Origin: Limisphaerales bacterium
GTDB taxonomy: Bacteria > Verrucomicrobiota > Verrucomicrobiia > Limisphaerales > SIBE01
Assembly (NCBI GenBank): GCA_044225505.1
Contig: JBGAIN010000002.1
Span: 1-64,000, forward strand
Reading direction: 5' to 3'
DNA: 64,000 nt
The notes under the pieces were generated by a model, which worked only from the letters and a program-made list of their open reading frames with translations, was not told the DNA's origin and searched no databases. This document shows positions 27,057 through 37,148 of the stretch, one piece after another (the stretch's first letter is position 1; every line of letters begins with the position of its first letter). Position numbers and translations under genes: made by a program.

Positions 27057-28334
27057 TCAAGCTCTCCGACTTAAGAACTTTTGCCGCCACTCGTTGCGGG
27101 CGATCTTCCCTCGCGTGTTCGTCGGTAGCTGCGGGACAAACCACCAGGCTTTCGGCACCTGCCAAGCCGGCAGGAGATTGAGGAGATACTGGCGAAGCGA
27201 CTCAGCCGCAATCGGAGATTCTGTCACTACGCAAGCAACGATCATTTCGTGCCGGTCGGTACTCGAACTGGGAGCTCCAAAGACCAGACATTCCCGCACG
27301 GAGGGATGGCCTCCAATCACCCGCTCGATGTTCTCCGGCACAACCTTGCGGCCGGCAACGTTGATTTGATCGGACTGCCGACCATCCAGATGAAGCCAAC
27401 CGGACTCAAAGTGCGCCAAATCGGTTGTAGTAAAACAGCCAGCGCTTAAATTGGGCTCCGCCTCGGGCCAATAAGTGAGCCCGACCGCGGGACTGCGGAC
27501 ACAAAGGCATCCTTCGGAGTTGATGGAGGCAGACACGTTTTGCATAGGCTTGCCCACCCCAGTGGCATCGGTGCGAGGGACTGTTGAACTGTCGTAAGCA
27601 ATCCCACCGCATTCCGTAGCGCCATAGAAGTTATGGATTTTAAGTCCAGCCTCGGCAAAAACCTCCCGCTCAAGCGCAATTGGTAATGGCGCACCCGCGG
27701 AGATGGCGAGGGAGACATTGGCAGGGATGGCTCTCGCTTCAAACCACGTTCTCCAGAGCGCGGGCACGGCGGGCAACGTCGCACGGGAAACAACCGCAGC
27801 TGCACGGCGGATACTTTCAGGCAGCGGCGATTCGGCCAGGACCAACGGAATGCCTTCCAGAAGCAGGGGCAAGATCAAATTGGAAAAACCGTAGGAATGA
27901 GTCAGTGAAATCACCCCCAGATTCGGCCAGTCTCGACGCAATCCCATCGTCGAGACGATCTGCCGCACGTCTGCCACCAGTTGACCCGCGGTGAAGACGA
28001 CCATGCGCGGAAGACCGGTGCTGGCCGACGTCATTTTCACGTGGACACTACCAAGCGGTAGATCCCTGAACGCTGGCGTGTCATGGCCCGGCTCCGCGGC
28101 GAAGACCGGAGCTCCAGACCGCCACGCACGAAGCACCGAGAGCACAAAATCCGTGCCAGTCGCTCGGTTTAAAGGTTCGTCATGGCGGGAGGAAGAACGT
28201 TCCGCAACGGCTTGGAGTTTTTCAAAGGTCCAACGCTGCGACGTTGTGCAATCGATGACCGCCACCTCGTGGCGGCACTCCTGCACAACCTGCGTCCAAC
28301 GGTCATAAAGCATGAGATCGACTTTCGTAGGCAC
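27057..28334 (-). CDS. AMP-binding (class I adenylate-forming) acyl-CoA synthetase family protein
   Basis: MTSASTGLPR, HSYG, NFYGATECG, FTTTDLA, GRQSDQINVAGRKV, LPTNTRGKI. Confidence 0.88.
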   Translation of the reverse strand: MPTKVDLMLYDRWTQVVQECRHEVAVIDCTTSQRWTFEKLQAVAERSSSRHDEPLNRATGTDFVLSVLRAWRSGAPVFAAEPGHDTPAFRDLPLGSVHVKMTSASTGLPRMVVFTAGQLVADVRQIVSTMGLRRDWPNLGVISLTHSYGFSNLILPLLLEGIPLVLAESPLPESIRRAAAVVSRATLPAVPALWRTWFEARAIPANVSLAISAGAPLPIALEREVFAEAGLKIHNFYGATECGGIAYDSSTVPRTDATGVGKPMQNVSASINSEGCLCVRSPAVGLTYWPEAEPNLSAGCFTTTDLAHFESGWLHLDGRQSDQINVAGRKVVPENIERVIGGHPSVRECLVFGAPSSSTDRHEMIVACVVTESPIAAESLRQYLLNLLPAWQVPKAWWFVPQLPTNTRGKIARNEWRQKFLSRRA

Positions 28335-28436
28335 ACCTTCGCGTCGATGGTCTGTTGTGGATCCTGGTGCCGAATACGTTCAATGGCTCGGAAACACGGG
28401 AGAATTGGCTCGAAAGTTAAGCTTCAACCGTGAAAC

Positions 28437-29369
28437 TTGACTTGGATGCACATAGCTCCAGCGCACAACGACTTTAGTCAGCGGCCCTCCGGCCGCGCAA
28501 GCCCGATGTCATGTTGGATCCGAGAAATCTCCCAGCGCTCGTGGCACTTCGCAAACCCTAGGTTGCGCCCTCGAGCTTGGAGCTGCTGGAGCGTCTGGAT
28601 CGGGCGGAGCTTGGTCCTCGCCTGGACAGTCTCGCTGCTCCAAGCGGCAGAAGCTTTACCGCGACGCTTTATCTTCCCAGATGATACTTTCGCCTTCAAC
28701 AACGAGCTGGAATGGGAATATCGACCCAATCCAACCAACGGCGAACTGGAGCCGACGCCGCGCGTTCCTCCACCCACATTTAGTCTTCGGTGTTTTACCA
28801 TCGCCCGTTCTGCTCGCCAGTTCTACGAGAACGCCCGTTTCGCCCCAGAGGAACCGAAAGCAACTCCTGCCAGTTACCGATTCTGGATAAGGCGGGTTTT
28901 CCATAGCGATCCTCGCAAGAAGGGCGCCTTGGGAAACAAGGTCGTGATCCCAGGATACGCCAATCTGCGGGACTTCAGCGCCGATAACGCCGAGCTTCTG
29001 AAATCGGAAAGCGGAGGTGCTTGGCGCAGTTTTGTGCAGCGTGGCAACTGGCGCATGGTCTTTCCTTTCAGCCGATGCAATCAAGAGCGGACGGCCCAGC
29101 GGTTGGCGAGGAAGGTTCAGGAAGATCGGTTAGCCGTCCTTCATCTCGTTCGCCTTCCATCTTGGAAGTTGAACCACGCCATGCTCTTGACAGAGGTCGA
29201 GGTCAAGGCGAATCAGTTCGAGTTCACGGCCTACGATCCCAACCAATCCGATGCGCCAATCCGAGTGACCTATGACCGAGCGGCACGCCAATTCTATCTG
29301 CCGCGAACGATCTACTTTGCAGGGGGACGCGTAAACGTCTATGAGGTCTATTGGAGCTGTCTTTTTTAG
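28437..29369 (+). CDS. Hypothetical exported protein, possible papain-like Cys-His-Asp fold
   Basis: Signal-like segment ...LVLAWTVSLLQAAEA; LRCF (28791), LNHAML (29175), AYDPN (29235). Start uncertain. Confidence 0.55.
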   Translation: MTWMHIAPAHNDFSQRPSGRASPMSCWIREISQRSWHFANPRLRPRAWSCWSVWIGRSLVLAWTVSLLQAAEALPRRFIFPDDTFAFNNELEWEYRPNPTNGELEPTPRVPPPTFSLRCFTIARSARQFYENARFAPEEPKATPASYRFWIRRVFHSDPRKKGALGNKVVIPGYANLRDFSADNAELLKSESGGAWRSFVQRGNWRMVFPFSRCNQERTAQRLARKVQEDRLAVLHLVRLPSWKLNHAMLLTEVEVKANQFEFTAYDPNQSDAPIRVTYDRAARQFYLPRTIYFAGGRVNVYEVYWSCLF

Positions 29370-29436
29370 ACCTCCCCGCCTCGGTGAACCACGCTTTACG
29401 CTGCGGGGTAACCCGAGACAGCGAAGCTCGGTCGAG

Positions 29437-29823
29437 TCACTCGAGCCGTTCGCGCCCGGTATAGCCAGCGTTTAGGTCGTGCCAATACTCGATATCGTCT
29501 TCGTCTTTCTCCCAGCAAAGGAAAACTTCCTTGCCACCGATAAACGCTGGAAAATCGATAAGACCGCGATCCAAGTCTTTGATTTCGATTTGGCGTGATT
29601 GAAACTCGCCAACGAGGTCCTTGACCTCTGCCAGCAGCATCAACCAAGCACTGACGAGCTTCCCGCCGAGATCGCAACCTTTCTCGAGCGGATCGGCCAT
29701 CTGACGGTCGTAAACCTTGAGTTGCTCCCGATTCTCAGAGAGTTGAGCGAGCCAAATGCGGATTTGCGGCAGAAGCGCCCGAGCTTCCTCGCGGGTGTAA
29801 TGCTTGCTGTATTGCCAGGGCAT
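29437..29823 (-). CDS. DUF2203 family protein
   Basis: YTREEARALLP...IKDLDRGLIDFP...EVFLCWEKDEDDIEYWHDLNAGYTGRERL. Confidence 0.85.
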   Translation of the reverse strand: MPWQYSKHYTREEARALLPQIRIWLAQLSENREQLKVYDRQMADPLEKGCDLGGKLVSAWLMLLAEVKDLVGEFQSRQIEIKDLDRGLIDFPAFIGGKEVFLCWEKDEDDIEYWHDLNAGYTGRERLE

Positions 29824-29824
29824 G

Positions 29825-31483
29825 CTACGGCGTAGGGGCAGCCTGGAGTTTCTTCTGTATCTCTTCGTTAGGCTCGATCTTCAAAGCTTTGCCCCACGCG
29901 TCGCGGGCGCGATCAAGCTGTTGGAGAGCGGAGTAGATATCTCCCAGATGATCATAAAGGGTAGCGTCCGGCTCGTCAGAATGTTCAATCGCCTTGAGCA
30001 AGGGCGCGAGAGCCTCCGACGGCTTCTTAAGTTTAAAGAGGACCCAGGCCAAGCTATCGAGGAAGGCCGCATTATCAGGCTGAAGCGCAACGGCTTTTTG
30101 AATAAAAGTTCGGGCTTCATCCAATTTGATTCCGCGATCGGCCCACATATATCCCAGGTAATTCAACGCCTCAGCGTCGTCCGGCGCCAGCTTCAGACTC
30201 TCGCGAAAATACTTTTCCGCTTCATCCAGATGTCCGGCTCTTTCATGAACTGCCCCTAACTGGAAATAAAACAAGTGGTTAAGCCGGCTCGGCTCGGTCG
30301 CGCGCGCGATGGCTTCGGCGGAGGTCAGATACTTCAGCGCTTCCGCGTAGTTCTTCGCCGCGTTATACGCAACTCCCGTGTAAAACTCCATGGCAAAGCT
30401 GCGCTTAAACCGAGCGCGGGCCTTCTCCAGCAGAGCCAGGGCTTCTTGCGGTTGTTTCAAGGGACCCAACTTCAGTCCGGCCGCATCGTAGTAAACCTGT
30501 TCAAGATCCGGGTCGAGACGGAGCGCACGTTCGAAATTCTCCGATGCTTCCTTCCACTTCTTTTCGTCGGCAGCGATGGCGCCGAGTAAAACGTAGGCTT
30601 GAGGATTGGTCGGTTCACTCCGCGTGAGCGCTTCGAGCTGTTCGGAAGCTTTTCCCTTATCGCCGCTGCGCAGGTAAATCTCCGTTAACTTGCTGCGCAA
30701 GCTGGGAAGGTCCGGGTGTTCTTCTGCCAGACTCCGATAGAGCGGTTCCGCTTTCTTGAGTTCGCCCAAGCCGAAGTAAGTATCTGCCAGGCGCAAGATA
30801 TGAATTGGATTGGTCGGATTGAGGTCGACGGCACGATCAAGAACCCCCTTCACACGCACTTTTATAGCCTCTTCCTGGCTCGTTTGGACATGTCCATAGC
30901 GCAGGTAAAGATCCGCCAGGTCGACCAAGAACCCTGGATCGTCAGTGGGCTGTTGGGCCGCGGAGTCGAGCACTTGCAACGCCTCGTTGGTCCGACTGCT
31001 CTGCAAATAGATTTGAGCCAGGTTCTGGTAAGCCCCGAGCGACAGTGGTAGTTTTTGAATAGCCGTTTTGTTCGAGGCGATCGCCAGATCGGGCTTTCCG
31101 ACCTGAGCATACGCCAGCCCGAGCCAAGCGTAGATCGATCCAGACGCGTCTGGGACGGCTGTGGCCTTGCGCAAAAGATCAATCGCCAATTCCGGCTTTT
31201 GCGCGCGAATGCAGCGTCGCGCCGCTTCAATGACAACCGGTTCATAGCTTGGGTCGCTCTGCGCAGCGCGAACCATTTCTTCCAAAGCCAAGTCCGACTT
31301 GTCGTTGAGATCGTAACTCAGGCCCGTGGCGTAGTGGGCCATGGTCTGGATCAATTGTTCCGAATCGTCTTCTTTGGCGAGCTGCTGCGCGCGGGTCGAG
31401 TGCGACCGGGTCATGCACGCGCTTAGCAGAGCAACTCCCGCCGCGGCGACAAGGATGCCGAATCGGGAGCAGGGACGGGTCAT
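29825..31483 (-). CDS. Tetratricopeptide-repeat lipoprotein
   Basis: Lipobox LLSAC; many TPRs; ALNYLGYMWAD...FLDSLAWVLFK...YDHLGDIY C-terminus. Confidence 0.85.
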   Translation of the reverse strand: MTRPCSRFGILVAAAGVALLSACMTRSHSTRAQQLAKEDDSEQLIQTMAHYATGLSYDLNDKSDLALEEMVRAAQSDPSYEPVVIEAARRCIRAQKPELAIDLLRKATAVPDASGSIYAWLGLAYAQVGKPDLAIASNKTAIQKLPLSLGAYQNLAQIYLQSSRTNEALQVLDSAAQQPTDDPGFLVDLADLYLRYGHVQTSQEEAIKVRVKGVLDRAVDLNPTNPIHILRLADTYFGLGELKKAEPLYRSLAEEHPDLPSLRSKLTEIYLRSGDKGKASEQLEALTRSEPTNPQAYVLLGAIAADEKKWKEASENFERALRLDPDLEQVYYDAAGLKLGPLKQPQEALALLEKARARFKRSFAMEFYTGVAYNAAKNYAEALKYLTSAEAIARATEPSRLNHLFYFQLGAVHERAGHLDEAEKYFRESLKLAPDDAEALNYLGYMWADRGIKLDEARTFIQKAVALQPDNAAFLDSLAWVLFKLKKPSEALAPLLKAIEHSDEPDATLYDHLGDIYSALQQLDRARDAWGKALKIEPNEEIQKKLQAAPTP

Positions 31484-31566
31484 AGCTCGAAAGCAATGAG
31501 AAAAGCGCAGCTGGAGAACCAAGCTGCGCTTCGAAGAAATTGACCTTGGGACGCGCGGAGCGACGC

Positions 31567-31668
31567 TTACTTCTGCCAGGTGCGTTTTTTGTGGCGATTC
31601 GCCCGGAGCTGCTTGCGTCGTTTGTGCTTATTAATCTTAGCTTTGCGTCGTTTTTTCAGTGATCCCAT
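31567..31668 (-). CDS. Small basic AURKAIP1/COX24-domain protein (ribosomal bS22/mS38-like), 33 aa
   Basis: Manual translation [33 protein letters not shown]. Not in the ORF track; 20 nt downstream of hisG. Confidence 0.85.
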   Translation of the reverse strand: MGSLKKRRKAKINKHKRRKQLRANRHKKRTWQK

Positions 31669-31688
31669 ATAGTAAATGTCTGCGCGGC

Positions 31689-32576
31689 TTAGTATACCAC
31701 TTTATTGAGCGGATACTCAATGATTCCTTCGGCTCCAGCGGCTTTCAACTGCGGAATCAGCTCTCGAACGACGTGTTCGTCGATGATCGTCTCTACCGCT
31801 ACCCAACCCGCCAGACTCAAATTTGACACCGTTGGATTACGCAAGGCGGGCAAACTTTGCAATAACTTTGCCAAATTCTTTTGCTCAATGTTCATCTTGA
31901 GCCCCACTTTGGCTTCCGCTTCGAGCGCGCCTTTCAACAGCAAAGCCAGGGTTTCGATCTTCTCGCGCTTCCACGCGTCTTTCCAAGAGTCGTGGTTTGC
32001 GATCAACCGCGGGGTCGAGACAAGAAGGGTGTCGACAATGCGCAATTTATTGGCGCGCAACGAGGAACCAGTTTCGGTGAGCTCCACAATCGCATCCACC
32101 AACTCGTGCGCCTTGAACTCCGTCGCGCCCCAGGAGAACTCGACATCTGCTTTAACCCCATGCTGCTTTAAATAACGACTGGTCAGGTGCACCACTTCCG
32201 TGGCGATCCTCTTCCCTTCCAAGTCTTTGACCGATTTTACCGGAGAATCCTCCGGCACAGCCAGGACCCAACGCGCCGGTTGGCGCGTCGCTTTGCTAAA
32301 TAAGAACTCGCCCACCTCGTGGACCTTCGAGCTATTCTCCTTGATCCAGTCATACCCCGTAATCCCACAATCCATATGGCCGTTCTCAACGTAACGGCTG
32401 ATCTCCTGGGCTCGGATCAAACGGATTTCCAATTCCGGATCATCCACATACGGGATGTACGATCGGCTGCTAATCTGAATATTGTAGCCAGCTTTGGCCA
32501 TTTTTTCCACGGTGGCTTCCTGCAGACTGCCTTTAGGCAGCGCAAACCGGACCGTGCGCTTTCGTTCGGATTTCAT
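31689..32576 (-). CDS. hisG: ATP phosphoribosyltransferase (long form)
   Basis: [45 protein letters not shown], and a C-terminal regulatory domain. Confidence 0.95.
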   Translation of the reverse strand: MKSERKRTVRFALPKGSLQEATVEKMAKAGYNIQISSRSYIPYVDDPELEIRLIRAQEISRYVENGHMDCGITGYDWIKENSSKVHEVGEFLFSKATRQPARWVLAVPEDSPVKSVKDLEGKRIATEVVHLTSRYLKQHGVKADVEFSWGATEFKAHELVDAIVELTETGSSLRANKLRIVDTLLVSTPRLIANHDSWKDAWKREKIETLALLLKGALEAEAKVGLKMNIEQKNLAKLLQSLPALRNPTVSNLSLAGWVAVETIIDEHVVRELIPQLKAAGAEGIIEYPLNKVVY

Positions 32577-32844
32577 AGACATCAATTCCTAAGGTTGCCC
32601 GCTCGGAGCCGCAACCGTAGCAAAATAGAGAGCGCGTTTAGAAAGACAATGCAGAATACAAGGGTCCCTGGACTCAACGTCCTATCGAAAACCGTGAGGC
32701 TTGGCCGAACTCGGACGGTCGCGATCCTTGATCTTACTCATTTCGATCACAGTCCCCTGACGGGTCTATCGGCACTTCCGGTTCTCGACGACGCACCGAG
32801 TGGCCTTAGGTTCGCGATCAACCCCATGGGGGATCGTCCCGAAG

Positions 32845-33471
32845 TTACATGGCGTGGATCACGCAACGTCGACCTTGCACACGGACATGGCCGCTGGCCA
32901 ACGCCCTGATGGCACGCGGATAAAGGACGTGTTCGGCCGTCTGAATGCGCGCGTGCAATGTCACGGGTGTGTCCTGGTCTTCCACTGGCACGGTCATCTG
33001 GGCAACGATTGGCCCCGTATCCACTCCTTGGTCCACGAGATGCACGGTGCATCCCGTGACCTTTACGCCATAATCCAAGGCTTGTTTCCAAGATTCCAGA
33101 CCGGGAAAGGCCGGCAACAAGGCGGGATGAATGTTGACGACGCGGTGTTGAAAGCAGCGCAGAAACTCTCCCTTCAAGATCCGCATGAAACCAGCCAGGA
33201 CGACCAAGTCCACCCCTGCTTCCTGCAAGGCGGAGATGTAGGCAATCTCTGCTGCCTCATCCAGTTTCGTCCGGAACTTGCCTGGCGGGATGTAGCGTGC
33301 GGGGATCGATCGATCTCGGGCATGCGCGAGAATGCCCGCGTTTTCCACGTCGCTAACGACAAGCGCGATCTTGATCCTGGACTCGGCCGCAAAGGCGTCC
33401 GCGATCGCGACAAAATTCGATCCTTTACCCGAGCCAAGAATTCCCAGGCGGAACTGTTTTGGTTGGTCCAC
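32845..33471 (-). CDS. purN: Phosphoribosylglycinamide formyltransferase
   Basis: LGSGKGSNF, LAGFMRIL, NIHPALLPAFPG, GCTVHLVDQGVDTGPI. Confidence 0.95.
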   Translation of the reverse strand: MDQPKQFRLGILGSGKGSNFVAIADAFAAESRIKIALVVSDVENAGILAHARDRSIPARYIPPGKFRTKLDEAAEIAYISALQEAGVDLVVLAGFMRILKGEFLRCFQHRVVNIHPALLPAFPGLESWKQALDYGVKVTGCTVHLVDQGVDTGPIVAQMTVPVEDQDTPVTLHARIQTAEHVLYPRAIRALASGHVRVQGRRCVIHAM

Positions 33472-33701
33472 GCGAGTTGTTTAGGACTGTGCCCAGGTGG
33501 AGACAAGCAGAAACACGGAGACATCGGTCGGCTGAAAAGGACAGATTTAGCAGCTCAACTGGATTCTCGCTGCTCAGAACGCGGACTGGGGCGTGATCCA
33601 GTCCAGTCTGTCACCTGATTCATCTTCGATCCCACCCATTCTTTTTCACGCCTCGAATTCGCAGTTGAATCTTATCGTTTTGACCTGCAACATTCATCCA
33701 C

Positions 33702-35423
33702 ATGGGTTCTCCTGCAGCTCCAGTTCCGGCCCGGCCACGCTTTACGTTGGTGGAGTGGTTGGTCATTCTTGTGGCCGTCATTGGTTTCGCGTTCGATACC
33801 TACGAACTGCTCATGCTGCCTCTCATCGCGGGGCCAGCTCTAGCGGAGATTCTCCAAGTCCCTCCTAATAATCCGATCGTAACGCAATGGGTCGGGAACA
33901 TGCTCTGGATTACCGCGCTTTGCGGGGGTGTTTTTGGGTTGCTAGGGGGATGGCTCACCGACCGGTTTGGACGCAAGCGAATCCTGGCAGCGAGCATCTT
34001 GCTGTACTCGTTGTCGCCCGTGTTTGCCGCGTTCAGCACCACGCTCGGTTGGTTCCTGTTCTTCCGGTGCACCACTTTCGTCGGCGTATGCGTGGAGTTT
34101 GTGGCAGCGATTACGTGGCTGGCCGAACTTTTCCCGGATAAACGCACTAAAGAACTGGCCCTCGGGTTCACCCAAGCATTCGCTTCGGTGGGCGGACTGC
34201 TCGTCACCGGCGCGAACTATTTCAGCGTGCAATACGCCAAGATGCTGCCGGCCTTCCCTTTGCCGGAACCGTTTGATCCGCATGCATCGTGGCGATACAC
34301 TCTGATGACAGGGTTAATCCCTGCCATCCCGATTGCCCTGATGTTGCCGTTCGTTCCGGAATCGCCCGTTTGGGTGCAACGGCGCAAAGCCGGATCCCTG
34401 CGCCGTCCCAGTATTCTTGAGCTTTTCTCTCCGCAACTCCGGCGTGTGACACTGGTTACGGCCGGGCTCTCCGCATGCGCCTACGGAGCAGCGTTTGGCG
34501 CGTTACAGATGACCCCAACCCGAATCGTTCCCGGCCTGGCCGAGTTATCCGATCAACGACGGGCTCTCAAACCGTTGCGCGACGAAGCGACGGAACTTAA
34601 CAAACAGTTGGATGCCATCCTGACCGAATTCAATACGGCTTGCCAACAGGTGCCAGGCTTGCGAGAGGTTTCCGGAAAACGGGCTAAAGTGCGGGTTGGC
34701 ATGCGAAGCACCCGGCGCGCGCTCGAAGGTCGCTCCGCTAATGTCAACACGAACGGACTTCAACTCCAACTCACCACCCTGACCAACCAACTGACCCAGT
34801 TGGATCAGGAACTCAATACGTTGACGGAGGGGAAACCCGACGCCAAACGTGTCCTCATGCAACGCGAAAGGATCTTGGGTCAATTAGGGGCGAACCGAGA
34901 AAAACAAGATCCCTTCGATACAGCCATTAAAGCCAGGGGAAACACCGTCCAGTTCTATCAAGAGACGGGCGGATTGGCCGGACGAATTGCCCTCGCACTC
35001 CTGGTGGCCGCGGCCATCCCGCGCCGGCTGTTGCTACGCCTCTTCCAGGTCCCCGGATTATTGGTTGTTCCTGTCACTTACCTCTATTTGTTTCGTGACC
35101 AGCCCGACTTATTCAAATGGGGAATTGCCGCTGCCGGATTCCTGACCGTGGCGCAATTCAGCTATTTTGGAGAGTACCTGCCGAAAGTCTTCCCGGTCCA
35201 TTTGCGCGGGACAGGAGGCGGGTTCGCGACCAATGTGGGAGGTCGGATGCTCGGCACCTCTGCTGCCTTCCTGACCGCCAACGTCGTGGCGCCGATGTTT
35301 GGAGGAACAACCTTTGAACAAGTGGCGAGCGCCGCCGCCGTCGTCGGCACCGCTGTCTTTGTCTTGGGCTTCGCCTTGAGCTTCCTTCTGCCTGAGCCAA
35401 AAGCAGATGCCTTGTCCGAATAA
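33702..35423 (+). CDS. MFS transporter with large soluble insertion
   Basis: FDTYE, GWLTDRFGRKR (motif A), AELFP, PESP, PKVFPVHLRGTG. Confidence 0.9.
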   Translation: MGSPAAPVPARPRFTLVEWLVILVAVIGFAFDTYELLMLPLIAGPALAEILQVPPNNPIVTQWVGNMLWITALCGGVFGLLGGWLTDRFGRKRILAASILLYSLSPVFAAFSTTLGWFLFFRCTTFVGVCVEFVAAITWLAELFPDKRTKELALGFTQAFASVGGLLVTGANYFSVQYAKMLPAFPLPEPFDPHASWRYTLMTGLIPAIPIALMLPFVPESPVWVQRRKAGSLRRPSILELFSPQLRRVTLVTAGLSACAYGAAFGALQMTPTRIVPGLAELSDQRRALKPLRDEATELNKQLDAILTEFNTACQQVPGLREVSGKRAKVRVGMRSTRRALEGRSANVNTNGLQLQLTTLTNQLTQLDQELNTLTEGKPDAKRVLMQRERILGQLGANREKQDPFDTAIKARGNTVQFYQETGGLAGRIALALLVAAAIPRRLLLRLFQVPGLLVVPVTYLYLFRDQPDLFKWGIAAAGFLTVAQFSYFGEYLPKVFPVHLRGTGGGFATNVGGRMLGTSAAFLTANVVAPMFGGTTFEQVASAAAVVGTAVFVLGFALSFLLPEPKADALSE

Positions 35424-35454
35424 AGGGCGAATGAGCCTCGGTCCGGTAAACGGA

Positions 35455-36540
35455 TTACCCCCGGGTGAGGCGGACCAGGACGTAGGCAATCGTTCCAGCC
35501 ACGGGAATGGTCAACACCCAAGCCCAGACCATTCGCTCGACGACTGACCATTTCACCGCTTGCAGTCGCTTGGCAGCTCCCACGCCCATGATGGCAGCAG
35601 AAATGTTGTGCGTCGTTGACACGGGAATTCCCAGATGAGTCGCGGTCAAAATCACGGCCGCGGAGGTCGTCTCCGCCGCAAAGCCATTGATAGGTTGAAG
35701 CTTGACCATCCGATGACCCAAAGTCCGGATAATCCGCCACCCCCCTGCCGCCGTGCCAGCCGCCATGGTCAAGGCGCACGTCACTTTGATCCAAACCGCA
35801 ATTTCCAATTCCTTACCCTTGACTGGTTCGGGCGTGTGCAAGAAAGAAAGCCAAGCCGGGAGCTGGTCGAGATTGCCCGCTTTGGTCGCCGCCACAAGGG
35901 CCAAGGCGATAATGCCCATGGTTTTCTGTGCGTCGTTCGTCCCGTGCATAAAACCCATTCCAGCCGCGCTCACCATCTGAAGTTTGCCGAACACGGAGTT
36001 GATCAATTGCGGGCGCAACCGGTGCAGGAGCAGGTAAAGCCCAGCCATCACGAGAAAACCTATAATCAAACCGCAAAGCGGCGACGTGACCATCGGGACC
36101 ACCACCTTCCATAACAGTCCTTTGCCATTATACCAATGATCCGCCGCGGGCTGAGCCCAAATGATCACTTTCCAGTTGTCCTCCGCCGCAGCCAGTGCAG
36201 CGCCACAGAGCCCGCCGATCAAAGCGTGACTGGAGCTCGACGGAATCCCGAAATACCAAGTGATCAGATTCCAGACAATTCCGCCACACAACGCACAGAT
36301 GACGATGCCGTTCGTCAAAGTAAAGATTTTGGTATCGACCAGACCGGAGGCAATGGTTTTGGCCACGGCAGTTCCCCAGAGTGCGCCAACAAGATTGGTG
36401 ACGGCCGCCAGGAAAACCGCCTGGCGAGGCGTTAGCACCTTGGTCGACACTACCGTCGCAATGGAGTTGGCGGTATCGTGGAAGCCATTGATGTATTCAA
36501 AGGCCAACGCAATCAGGATGACACATAAGATAAGGGTCAT
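35455..36540 (-). CDS. pit: Inorganic phosphate transporter, PiT family
   Basis: NGFHDTANSIAT, GIPSSSSH, HGTNDAQK, GIPVSTTH. Confidence 0.93.
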   Translation of the reverse strand: MTLILCVILIALAFEYINGFHDTANSIATVVSTKVLTPRQAVFLAAVTNLVGALWGTAVAKTIASGLVDTKIFTLTNGIVICALCGGIVWNLITWYFGIPSSSSHALIGGLCGAALAAAEDNWKVIIWAQPAADHWYNGKGLLWKVVVPMVTSPLCGLIIGFLVMAGLYLLLHRLRPQLINSVFGKLQMVSAAGMGFMHGTNDAQKTMGIIALALVAATKAGNLDQLPAWLSFLHTPEPVKGKELEIAVWIKVTCALTMAAGTAAGGWRIIRTLGHRMVKLQPINGFAAETTSAAVILTATHLGIPVSTTHNISAAIMGVGAAKRLQAVKWSVVERMVWAWVLTIPVAGTIAYVLVRLTRG

Positions 36541-36576
36541 AAACTTACCGCACCGCGGGCAGAATCCGGGTTCTCA

Positions 36577-36616
36577 ATGACGGTTTGGTGACGCTATTGT
36601 TACAAATGCGTGACAA
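36577..36616 (-). promoter_or_regulatory. Tandem Pho-box-like array (four 7-bp units, 11-bp period) upstream of pit
   Basis: Minus strand TTGTCAC-gcat-TTGTAAC-aata-GCGTCAC-caaa-CCGTCAT, compared with the PhoB consensus CTGTCAT-N4-CTGT(C/A)A(C/T). Confidence 0.65.
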
Positions 36617-36715
36617 CCCCCCGGGCAGCCCCCGTCCGCCGCCCCTGAACTCCGCCTCGCGAAATGGCGTCCAGAAGGCGCGCGCCGCGCCGTTTTTGAA
36701 AAGGGCTTGACGATC

Positions 36716-36756
36716 TGTGACACTTGTCACATAAAGGATGTGTTACACACGTCACA
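36716..36756. promoter_or_regulatory. BlaI/CopY-type operator palindromes overlapping the blaI promoter
   Basis: TGTGACA-CT-TGTCACA (36716-36731, perfect) and TGTTACA-CA-CGTCACA (36741-36756). TTGACG -35-like at 36707-36712. Confidence 0.7.
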
Positions 36757-36767
36757 CACTTGTCAAA

Positions 36768-37148
36768 ATGACCCCTTCATTTCGTATTACCGAGGCTGAG
36801 TGGGAGGTGATGAATGTCGTCTGGGAGCGCGCGCCCGTGGCCGCTGCGACCATTGTTGAGGTCCTGGTTGGACAGAAAGGATGGACCTTAGCCACCGTCC
36901 GGACGCTTCTGCGGCGCTTGGTGAATAAAGGCGCGCTCGAACAGCAACTAGACGGCAAGCGCTACCTCTACACGGCACGAGTCTCGATGGAAGCATGCGT
37001 TCGGAAAGAGAGCGATACGTTTTGGGATCGCGTCTTGGGAAGAGCGCCGTCGGAAACCATCGTGCACCTCGTCCGGAAAGCGAATCTCACCGCGAAGGAT
37101 ATCCAGGAACTCCGCCGCATCTTAAAGGAGAAAGAGAGGAACCCATGA
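36768..37148 (+). CDS. BlaI/MecI/CopY family transcriptional repressor
   Basis: ITEAEWEVMNVVW...WTLATVRTLLRRLVNKG...YLY...DIQELRRIL. Confidence 0.93.
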   Translation: MTPSFRITEAEWEVMNVVWERAPVAAATIVEVLVGQKGWTLATVRTLLRRLVNKGALEQQLDGKRYLYTARVSMEACVRKESDTFWDRVLGRAPSETIVHLVRKANLTAKDIQELRRILKEKERNP

